A stretch of 64,000 nt of DNA from NCBI GenBank assembly GCA_965199955.1, contig CBDATQ010000001.1:256001-320000 (forward strand). The letters are read 5' to 3'. Below, piece by piece: positions 28,754 to 36,719 of the stretch (position 1 is its first letter; every line of letters starts with the position of its first letter). This DNA is from Spirochaetia bacterium. Its GTDB lineage: Bacteria; Spirochaetota; Spirochaetia; SZUA-6; Bin103. A program made the position numbers and the translations under genes. The notes beneath the pieces were generated by a model. The model worked only from the letters and a program-made list of their open reading frames with translations, searched no databases and was not told the DNA's origin.

Positions 28754-29650
28754 TCAACGGATGACGCGTTCCAGCAGCGCCCGGTCCCGGCGCCAGTTGC
28801 GCTGCACCTTGACGCGCAGGTCGAGCCGGACCGGCAGCCCCAGCACCCCGGTCAACTCCGCCTGCGCGCCTGAGCGGATCGCGGCGATGCGGCTGCCGCG
28901 CCGGCCGATCACGATCCCCTTCTGGGATTCGCGCTCGACGTTGAGGAAGGCGCGGACCCACACGCGCTGCGCCGACGTCTCCAGGTCGGCGACCTCCACG
29001 TACATCGCCTGCGGGAGCTCGTCGCGGGTGGCGCGGATGGCGTGGCCGCGGATCACCTCGCCCACGCGCAGCGCCTGCGGCTGGTCGGTGTAGCGGTCAT
29101 CCGGATACATGGGCGGCCCGGCCGGGCTCGCCGCGATGAGCCGGCCGACCAGCTCCTCGACTCCGCTGCCGGTGGCAGCCGAGATGCGATGCGCCGGTGC
29201 GTCCAGGAGATCTGCCGGAACCGCGGCGGCGCCGCTGCGCCCGTCGGCCGCCGGCAGGTCGGCCTTGCTCAGCGCCACCACCACCGGCCCGTCGAAGCCG
29301 TGCGCCAGCGCGACGATGGCGTCCTCTTCCGGGCCGCCGGCGCGCGTGGGGTCGATCACGGCCAGCACCAGGTCGACCTCCTGCAGGGTGGCCGCGGTCA
29401 GCGCCTGCATGCGGGCGTCGAACGGGCGCGTGGAGTCCTGAAAGCCCGGGGTGTCGATCAGCAGGAGCTGGCCGGCGCCGCGGGTGGCGATGCCGCGGAT
29501 GCGCGAGCGCGTGGTCTGCGGCGACGGCGCGACGATCGCCAGGTCGTGACCGCACATGCGGTTGATGAGGGTCGACTTGCCGGCCGACGGCCTCCCGATG
29601 ACCGCGACCGTACCGCTGCGGTGCTCGTCTCCAGGGCTCGGGCTAGCGAT
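28754..29650 (-). CDS. era: GTPase Era, probable ATC start
   Basis: G1 GRPSAGKST lies upstream of the ORF-track start; QTTR, DTPG, SKAD, ISA, KH-domain SQKGIVIG; ATC at 29650 has a GGGAG SD and gives 298 aa. Confidence 0.92.
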   Translation of the reverse strand: MASPSPGDEHRSGTVAVIGRPSAGKSTLINRMCGHDLAIVAPSPQTTRSRIRGIATRGAGQLLLIDTPGFQDSTRPFDARMQALTAATLQEVDLVLAVIDPTRAGGPEEDAIVALAHGFDGPVVVALSKADLPAADGRSGAAAVPADLLDAPAHRISAATGSGVEELVGRLIAASPAGPPMYPDDRYTDQPQALRVGEVIRGHAIRATRDELPQAMYVEVADLETSAQRVWVRAFLNVERESQKGIVIGRRGSRIAAIRSGAQAELTGVLGLPVRLDLRVKVQRNWRRDRALLERVIR

Positions 29651-30287
29651 CGCGGCGCTCCCGCGTGCGCGCCTGCCGGTCCAGGCTGTTGGCCCTGCGG
29701 GTCAGCGTGAGCCGGCGGCGCAGGCCGCGGTCCATCAGCAGCAGCATGTCCTGGGTGAGCTCCTCGAAGTGGTCGCTGTCGATGGCGGACAGCAGCGAGC
29801 CGTAGATCGAAAGCAGTAGCCGGCGCGTGTCGTGGTAGCGGCCGACCCGGAAGACCAGGCGGCGGATGCCGTCCGCCAGGATGTCGTCGATCAGGCCGCC
29901 GACGGACTGGAGCAGCCGCTGCCGGCGCCGGTTGCGCTCATCCGGCGACGGAAAGCCGAAGCGCCGTGTATCGGTCAGGACGCCGAGCAGCAAGGGGTTG
30001 CCGCGCAGCCCGAGGGTGATGAAGCGGTACAGGGCCTTGAGCTGGTTCATCGGATTCTTGAACCGTGCGATGACCGCTCGCGCCTGCAGCACCCCGCGGT
30101 CGGTGAGGCGGTCGAGGATGACGCCGAAGAAGGTCTCCTTGTCCGGGAAGTGGCTGTAGAACGCCCCGGTCGACACGCCCACCGCGGCGGCGACCTCCGC
30201 GATGGTGACGCCCCGGTAGCCGTGCTCGGCGAACAGGCGCTCGCCCGCCTGCAGGAGCTGCTCGCGGCGTTCCGGGGTCCCGGGCAT
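29643..30287 (-). CDS. TetR/AcrR family transcriptional regulator
   Basis: N-terminal HTH: LFAEHGYRGVTIAEVAAAVGVSTGAFYSHFPDKE. Confidence 0.92.
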   Translation of the reverse strand: MPGTPERREQLLQAGERLFAEHGYRGVTIAEVAAAVGVSTGAFYSHFPDKETFFGVILDRLTDRGVLQARAVIARFKNPMNQLKALYRFITLGLRGNPLLLGVLTDTRRFGFPSPDERNRRRQRLLQSVGGLIDDILADGIRRLVFRVGRYHDTRRLLLSIYGSLLSAIDSDHFEELTQDMLLLMDRGLRRRLTLTRRANSLDRQARTRERRDR

Positions 30288-30293
30288 AGCCAC

Positions 30294-30316
30294 TGAATAT
30301 TACGTTCAAATATTCA
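30294..30316. promoter_or_regulatory. AT-rich inverted repeat TGAATATT-N7-AATATTCA, candidate TetR operator
   Basis: Perfect 8-bp arms directly upstream of the tetR start, in the divergent intergenic region. Confidence 0.6.
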
Positions 30317-30498
30317 ATTCGCCCAGCACGCGACCGCGGCGTGAGTTGCGGGCCGCCGGGCGAAAAGGACGACCTCAGGCCACTCTCCCGACACCCGCTG
30401 CCTCCGACCCCGAACGCGACGGTGCGATGCCGTAGACGCGGGCGTTGCCCGCGGTAGAGGTTCGTCACGACATTGCGCCGGATTCGCGAGGATTTCCA

Positions 30499-31740
30499 AT
30501 GACCGACTTGTTCGAGAAGTGTCACGGCGAAGAAGGGTATTTCGGCCGCTTCCGGGCGGCCGGCGACCGCTATTTCTCCCAGCCGATCCTGGACTCCGCG
30601 CCGGGCCCTCACATGGTGTTCCAGGGCCGGCCGGTGATCATGTGGTCGGTCAACAGCTACCTGGGTCTGACCGGCAACGAGCGCATCCGCGACCGGGCGC
30701 GGCAGGCCCTGGAGCGGTACGGCACCTACTCGCCCATGGGGTCGCGCATGCTGACCGGCAACACGCAGGCGCACATCGACCTCGAGGAGCGGCTCGCCGC
30801 CTATTGCGGCAAGGACGCCGCCGTGCTGTTCAACTACGGCTATCTGGGCGTGACCGGCACCATCTCGTCCCTGATCGGACCCCTGGACGAGGTGATCATC
30901 GACAAGCTGTCGCACGCGTCGATGATCGACGGCACCGTGCAGGCGATGGCCGGGCGCCGCTTCCGGCCGTTCAGGCACAACGATCTGGAGAGCCTGGAAC
31001 GGCAGCTCGCCGCCTCTGCACGGCGCGAGCGCGGCGGCACCCTGGTGGTGGTCGAAGGGGTCTACGGCATGCGCGGCGACCTGGCCGACCTGCCCGGGAT
31101 CTGCGACCTGGCGAAGCGGTACGGCGCGCGCGTGTACTGCGACGACGCGCACGGCTTCGGGGTCATGGGCGCCACCGGACAGGGCACCGGCGAGCACTTC
31201 GGCGTGCAGGACGACATCGACCTGTACTTCGGGACCTTCGCCAAGGCGTTCGCGGCCATCGGCGGCGTGACCGCCGGCGAGCGGGCGGTCTGCGACTACA
31301 TCCGCTACAACGCCCGCTCCAACGTATTCGCGAAGAGCCTGCCCATGGTGTACGTGGAGGCGCTGACGGCCACCCTCGACGAGATCGAAGCGCACCCGGA
31401 GTACCGCGAGCACATGTGGCACATCGCCCGGCTGCTGCAGGACGGCCTGCGCGAGCTGGGCTTCGAGCTGGGCGACACCGCGTCGCCGATCACGCCGGTC
31501 TACATCCCGACCGACAAGGAAGAGACCGGCATGGCGATCCTGCAGACCCTGCGCGAGCGGTTCGGCATCTTCTGCTCCGGCGTCACCTATCCGGTGACCC
31601 CGCGGGGCGTGCACCTGTACCGGATGATCCCCACGGCCGCCCACACCGAGCAGGACGTCGCGGTGACCGTGGAGGCATTCAGGGCCATCCGCGACAGCTT
31701 CCGCCTGGACCTGGCGACCTGGGAGGCGAAGGCCGTCTGA
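30499..31740 (+). CDS. PLP-dependent alpha-oxoamine synthase, cysteate acyltransferase (capnine synthase)-like
   Basis: NSYLGL, HASMIDG, FRHND, DDAHG, GTFAK (PLP Lys249), FAKSLP (Lys279). Confidence 0.85.
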   Translation: MTDLFEKCHGEEGYFGRFRAAGDRYFSQPILDSAPGPHMVFQGRPVIMWSVNSYLGLTGNERIRDRARQALERYGTYSPMGSRMLTGNTQAHIDLEERLAAYCGKDAAVLFNYGYLGVTGTISSLIGPLDEVIIDKLSHASMIDGTVQAMAGRRFRPFRHNDLESLERQLAASARRERGGTLVVVEGVYGMRGDLADLPGICDLAKRYGARVYCDDAHGFGVMGATGQGTGEHFGVQDDIDLYFGTFAKAFAAIGGVTAGERAVCDYIRYNARSNVFAKSLPMVYVEALTATLDEIEAHPEYREHMWHIARLLQDGLRELGFELGDTASPITPVYIPTDKEETGMAILQTLRERFGIFCSGVTYPVTPRGVHLYRMIPTAAHTEQDVAVTVEAFRAIRDSFRLDLATWEAKAV

Positions 31741-32759
31741 GCGCCGGACGCTCCACCGGACGCTCCACCGGGCGCGCCGCCTTCGCAATCGCCGCCGCTG
31801 CGCTGGTGCTCGCCGGCTGCGGACTGCGGGAGTTCGAGAACGAGTTCTCGTCCATGTCCACGTACGTGAGGATCACGGCGTACGCCCGCCGCGCGCCGGC
31901 GTGGGACGCGTTGCACCGGGCCACGGCGGCGTGGGTCCGCCAGCTCGATCACCGTGCCGAAGGCTCGGCGACGGCGATGCTCAATGAGAAAGGAATGCTG
32001 CCCGCCGGCAGCGAGGGTGAGGCGCTGTTGCGCACGGTGCTGGCCGATGCCGTGAGGGCGGCGGCTCGCACCGAAGGCGCCTACGACCCGACCATCCTGC
32101 CGGTGGTGCGGCTGTGGGACTTCGACGACGGCGGCAGGCTGCCGTTGCCCGAGGCGCTGGCGTCCGCCGTTTCGCTGGTGGACTACACCACGGTCCGGGT
32201 GACCGGCGCCCTGGCCCTGGCGCCGGGCCAGCAGGTGGACCTGGGCGGCGTCGGCAAGGGCGCGGTGGTCGACCTGATCGCCGATCACCTGGCCGGGCAG
32301 GGCATCGAGCGGTTCCTGGTCGAGGCGGGCGGCGATCTGCTGGTCGCCGGCCTCAAGCCGGGCGAACGCCCCTGGCGTATCTGGATACAGCATCCGCGCA
32401 CTCCCGACGCGGCGCTGGCGATCCTGGAGATCGGCGCAGCCGGCGAGCGCCGCGCCGTGGTCACCTCCGGCGACTACGAGCGCTACCTGGAGGTCGACGG
32501 CGTCCGCTACCACCACATCCTGGATCCCGCGACCGGCTGGCCTGCGCGTCGGTCGGTGTCGGTGACCGTGATCTCCGCGCGCGCCGCCGAAGCCGACGCC
32601 CTGGCCACCGGGCTGTTCGTCGCCGGCCCGGCCGGCCTCCCCTGGCTCGACGGCGATGCCGGCGTGCAGGCGCTGGTCGTCACGGAGACGGACGGCGAGC
32701 TCCGCGCGCACGCGACCGCCGACTTCCCGGTCCCGGTCGGCGAGCTGAACCTCAACTGA
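31737..32759 (+). CDS. apbE: FAD:protein FMN transferase lipoprotein, probable CTG start
   Basis: Lipobox LAGC; YDPTI.P...LW, DLGGVGKG, GGD, TSGDYER, HHILDPATGWP, ADALAT. Confidence 0.9.
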   Translation: MSAGRSTGRSTGRAAFAIAAAALVLAGCGLREFENEFSSMSTYVRITAYARRAPAWDALHRATAAWVRQLDHRAEGSATAMLNEKGMLPAGSEGEALLRTVLADAVRAAARTEGAYDPTILPVVRLWDFDDGGRLPLPEALASAVSLVDYTTVRVTGALALAPGQQVDLGGVGKGAVVDLIADHLAGQGIERFLVEAGGDLLVAGLKPGERPWRIWIQHPRTPDAALAILEIGAAGERRAVVTSGDYERYLEVDGVRYHHILDPATGWPARRSVSVTVISARAAEADALATGLFVAGPAGLPWLDGDAGVQALVVTETDGELRAHATADFPVPVGELNLN

Positions 32760-32806
32760 GCTGGCCGGCGGATGAACGCAAGGCTATATTGCCGGCGGAG
32801 GCTGGA

Positions 32807-33448
32807 ATGCACGCATCGGGCCGCGATCTGCCGCGCCGCTTTGACGACGAAGACGAAGAGGACCACGAACAGGACGAGGAGCGTGGCGACCGCGACGGGG
32901 ATGGCGACGGCGACGATCTGGCCAGCCGGCTGCTCAAGAGCCGGTCGGTGCTGCTCTCGGGAGAGATCAACAAGCGCCTCGCCGAGCGGGTCATCAAGCA
33001 GCTCATCCTGCTGGAGGAGGCAGGTGAAGATCCGATCCGGGTATTCATCGACTCCCCCGGCGGCGACGCGGACGCCGGCTACGCGATCTTCGACATGCTG
33101 CGCTTCGTCAACCCGCCGGTGGTCACCATCGGCATGGGGCTGGTCGCCAGCGCCGCCGCCATAGTGCTGCTGGCCGCCCCGCGCGAGCGCCGCATCGGCC
33201 TGCCGAACTCCCACTACCTGATCCATCAGCCGCTGTCCGGCATCCGCGGCGTGGCCACCGAGATCGAGATCCACGCCCGCGAGCTGGAGAAGCTGCGCGC
33301 GAAGATCAACCAGATGATCGCCGAAGAGACCGGCCAGACGCTTGCGAAGGTCGAGCGCGACACCGACCGTGACTACTGGCTCAGCGCCGAGGAGGCGCAG
33401 GAGTACGGGCTGGTGTCGCGGATCATCGCACACCGCTCCGAACTGTAG
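32807..33448 (+). CDS. clpP: ATP-dependent Clp protease proteolytic subunit
   Basis: DSPGG, GLVASAA, IHQP, DTDRDYWLSAEEAQEYGLV. Confidence 0.95.
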   Translation: MHASGRDLPRRFDDEDEEDHEQDEERGDRDGDGDGDDLASRLLKSRSVLLSGEINKRLAERVIKQLILLEEAGEDPIRVFIDSPGGDADAGYAIFDMLRFVNPPVVTIGMGLVASAAAIVLLAAPRERRIGLPNSHYLIHQPLSGIRGVATEIEIHARELEKLRAKINQMIAEETGQTLAKVERDTDRDYWLSAEEAQEYGLVSRIIAHRSEL

Positions 33449-33479
33449 TACCTCATCGAGCTGATGGCGCTGCCGCCGC

Positions 33480-33641
33480 GTGTCGAGGCGCGCGGCGCGA
33501 CGCTGCGGCCTGGCGCCCGCGGAGCTCTGGCCTGAAGTGGCACGGACGGCGCGCGCGCTCCATGAGCGGGGCAGGCGGATCGCCGCGGAGCGGGGCCTGA
33601 TCCTGGTGGATACCAAGTATGAGATGGGAATCCTGGACGGC
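33480..33641 (+). pseudogene. purC: SAICAR synthetase fragment
   Basis: ALHERGRRIAAERGLILVDTKYEMG matches the PurC DTKxEFG motif region; both ends of the protein are missing. Confidence 0.7.
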
Positions 33642-34662
33642 AGCGCTCCTCGTCCTCCTCGTTCCATGGCCCGGTGCGCGGGTCGCGGCGGACACGGGGG
33701 CGATCAGCGTGCTCTCCTACAACGTCCAGAACCTGTTCGACGCCGTGGAGCAGGGCGCCGAGTACGACGAGTTCCGCGCCGGCCGCTGGGATGCGGCGCG
33801 CTACGCGGCGCGTCTGAATCGGATCGCCGCCGTGCTGCGCGACGTGCACCCCGGCGGCGCCGACATCCTCGCGCTGCAGGAAGTCGAGAACCGCCGCGCT
33901 GCCCTGGACCTGCGCGACCGCCTGCGCGACCTGGGCTACTCCCACGTGGTCGCCGTCCCGAACGACGGCGCCGATCTCGGGCTGACCCTGACGCCGGTGG
34001 TGCTGTCGCGCCTGCCGGTCCTGCGCGTGCGCCTGCACCGGGTGTGGCACGGCCGCCGCTCCCTGCGGCCGATCGTGGAGGCGGAGCTGGACCTCGGCGG
34101 CGGGCGGTCGCTGTTCCTGTTCAACAACCACTGGAAATCGAAGCGCGGCGGCGCCGAGGAGACGGCGCCGGCCAGGCGCGCCGCCGCCACCGTACTCGGC
34201 GATCGCATCCGGGAACTGCTGCGGATCGACCTGCTGGCCGACGTGCTGGTCACAGGCGACCTGAACGAGAGCGTGGACGATCACACCGCGGCCGGCTACC
34301 CGACCGCGCTGACCGGACTCCCGCGCGGCACGGCCGGCGTGCTGGCGATCACCGGCCGGCCGTTCGACGCACGGCCTGCGGCCGATGGCGTAGTCCTGTA
34401 CAGCCCCTGGCTGGAGCTGGAGGCGGCCGGGCGCGGCACGGTCGTGCACGGGGATGCCTGGGAGACCCCCGACCACTTCCTGCTGAGCGCCGGCCTGTTC
34501 GACCGGGAAGGCGTCTGGTACGCGCCCGGCGGCTTCGCCGTGATCCGCGACGGCCTGGTGTCGTCCGCCACCGGCCACCCGCGCCGCTGGATCGGCACGG
34601 ACGGCCACTCCGACCACCTGCCGATCCTCCTGCACCTGCGGCGCGAGGGTTCGCGTCAGTGA
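33619..34662 (+). CDS. secreted endonuclease/exonuclease/phosphatase family protein
   Basis: SYNVQNLFD, LQEVEN, NHWKSK, GDLN, DH, SDHLP. Confidence 0.88.
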   Translation: MRWESWTAALLVLLVPWPGARVAADTGAISVLSYNVQNLFDAVEQGAEYDEFRAGRWDAARYAARLNRIAAVLRDVHPGGADILALQEVENRRAALDLRDRLRDLGYSHVVAVPNDGADLGLTLTPVVLSRLPVLRVRLHRVWHGRRSLRPIVEAELDLGGGRSLFLFNNHWKSKRGGAEETAPARRAAATVLGDRIRELLRIDLLADVLVTGDLNESVDDHTAAGYPTALTGLPRGTAGVLAITGRPFDARPAADGVVLYSPWLELEAAGRGTVVHGDAWETPDHFLLSAGLFDREGVWYAPGGFAVIRDGLVSSATGHPRRWIGTDGHSDHLPILLHLRREGSRQ

Positions 34663-34699
34663 TCACATCGACCCGTGTCCGCACGCTACACTGCGCGTC

Positions 34700-35989
34700 G
34701 TGGAGCGCTACGACTCATCCGCTGACTATCTGGGGGCGCTGGCCTCGCGCGGCGCCCTGCCGCCCGGGTTCGGGGTCGCCACCGCGGCCACCGCGTTCGA
34801 GCCCCCGGAACGTCCCGGCAACGAGCTGCCGATCCGGGTCACGCTGCTCATGGCGGACGAGCCGGCCGACGCCTTTGCGGCCACGCTGACGCGCAATACC
34901 CTGCGCGGGGCGCCGGTGCAGATCGTCGCCGACCTCCTGGCGCGGCGTGCGCCCGTGCGCGGCGTCGTGATCAACAACGCGGTCTCCAACGTGGGCGTCG
35001 CCACCGGCGTGGATGACGCCACGGCCGTCCTCGACCGCCTGGCCGCGGAGGCGGGCGCCGCCGGGCAGGCGTTCGCCCCCGCCTCCACCGGCGTGATCGG
35101 CTGGCGGCTTCCGTTCGATCCGATCTGCGCCGTCTTGCCCGGCCTTGTCGCCGCCTGCGCCCCCGGCAGCGTGGCGCCGGCGGCGCGGGCGATCATGACC
35201 ACCGACCGCTACCCCAAGGTGCGCGGCCGGCGGGCGGGAAACGCCACGGTGGTCGGCATCGCCAAGGGCGCCGGAATGATCGAGCCGTCGATGGCCACCA
35301 TGCTGGCGTTCCTGCTGACCGACGCCGCGGTCGACCGCGACACCCTGCAGGGCCTGCTGGACGACGCGGTGCGCGACAGCTTCAACCGCATCTCCGTGGA
35401 CGGCGACCAGAGCACCAGCGACATGGTGCTGGCGCTGAGCTCGCAGCGCGCGGAAGAGGTGCCGGAAGAGGCCCTCGCCGTGGCCATCGCCGGGGTCTGC
35501 CGCGACCTGGCCGGCGACATCGTCCGCAACGGCGAGGGGGTCGAGCACGTGATCAGAGTCGCGGTGAGCGCGCCGGGGACGGACGAGCGGGCTGCGGCCA
35601 TCGGCAAGGCGGTGGTCAACTCCCCGCTGGTCAAGACCGCCGTGAACGGCTGCGACCCCAACGTGGGACGGCTGGTCAGCTCCATCGGCGACCACCTCGG
35701 CACGCAGCCCGACCCGCCGCCGCTGGCAGGCGCCACCGTCCGCCTGGGCGGGGTCACGGTGTTCTCCCAAGGCGCGTTCCGGCTCGACGGGAGCAAGGAG
35801 GAGGCGCTGGCCGCCTACCTGCGGGAGCGGAGCATCGACCACGGGCTCGACTACCCGCCGCACGACCTCTCGGTGGAGATCGACGTCGAATTCGAGGCAT
35901 CCGCAGCCGGCCGCCGCGGGCACGCGGTGGTCCTGGGAGCCGATCTTTCGCACGGCTACGTCACGGAGAACGCGGACTATCGCTCATGA
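34700..35989 (+). CDS. argJ: ornithine acetyltransferase
   Basis: STGVIG, IMTTD, KGAGMIEPSMATML, VDGDQSTSD, SPLVKTA, ENADYRS. Confidence 0.95.
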   Translation: MERYDSSADYLGALASRGALPPGFGVATAATAFEPPERPGNELPIRVTLLMADEPADAFAATLTRNTLRGAPVQIVADLLARRAPVRGVVINNAVSNVGVATGVDDATAVLDRLAAEAGAAGQAFAPASTGVIGWRLPFDPICAVLPGLVAACAPGSVAPAARAIMTTDRYPKVRGRRAGNATVVGIAKGAGMIEPSMATMLAFLLTDAAVDRDTLQGLLDDAVRDSFNRISVDGDQSTSDMVLALSSQRAEEVPEEALAVAIAGVCRDLAGDIVRNGEGVEHVIRVAVSAPGTDERAAAIGKAVVNSPLVKTAVNGCDPNVGRLVSSIGDHLGTQPDPPPLAGATVRLGGVTVFSQGAFRLDGSKEEALAAYLRERSIDHGLDYPPHDLSVEIDVEFEASAAGRRGHAVVLGADLSHGYVTENADYRS

Positions 35990-36719
35990 GCTCCGCCGCG
36001 GAGCGGCTGCCTGCCCGCCGGCCGGATGAACCTCGGCGTGGCCGTGCGGGCGCCGCGTTGCGGCATGCCGCCTGCCGTGCTACGCTGCTCCATCTCCCTG
36101 GACCCCGTCGCCACGGTGGCGAACGTCGTCCGAGTGAACCCCTGGATCGAGGCAATGAGCGCCCTTGACAACGCCTTGACCGGCGCACGATACTATACAG
36201 GGTAACGATTTCAACGTCCTGGGAGGGGTCAGCGAAATGAGGCTGTTGGAACGGTCAAGACCGTGTCGCGATATGCCGATTACTCAGTATGGAGTGGTCC
36301 GTGGAGGGGTTCTGTACGCTGACCGACAGGGCGGGTCCAGCATGAGCGACGCTGTGCGCAGCAGGGTTCGGTTCCCGACTCCTTCGAAGGGGCGCGGGGT
36401 TGACGGAAGCGCGGATGCCGTGGTATCTCGCTGACTTCATGGCTTTCCATCGGGTGACCATCGCCCCGGAGCCTCATGCGACCACGCGGTTCTCCGTGGG
36501 TGCAGCGCGGCCGGACGCGCGTTCGCGCGTCGCTACAGACATGATTCAGGTTGGCCGGCCCCAGGAGGCCGGCAGTCGCATTCAACGTGACAAAGGAAAG
36601 GAGGTAGGGCTATCTCAGCAAGGGGTGTACGGATCAGGGGGACGCCGGGGCAAGCCTCGGCGTCATCGCATCGGAAATGGCCGCGTCGAACCAACTTCGC
36701 GGCGCAAGGAGACACACAT

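Noticed and set aside
30519..32759. 746-aa ORF as a fusion protein
   Set aside because: Only the last ~340 aa (ApbE) are protein-like; the rest is an off-frame read of the PLP enzyme gene.
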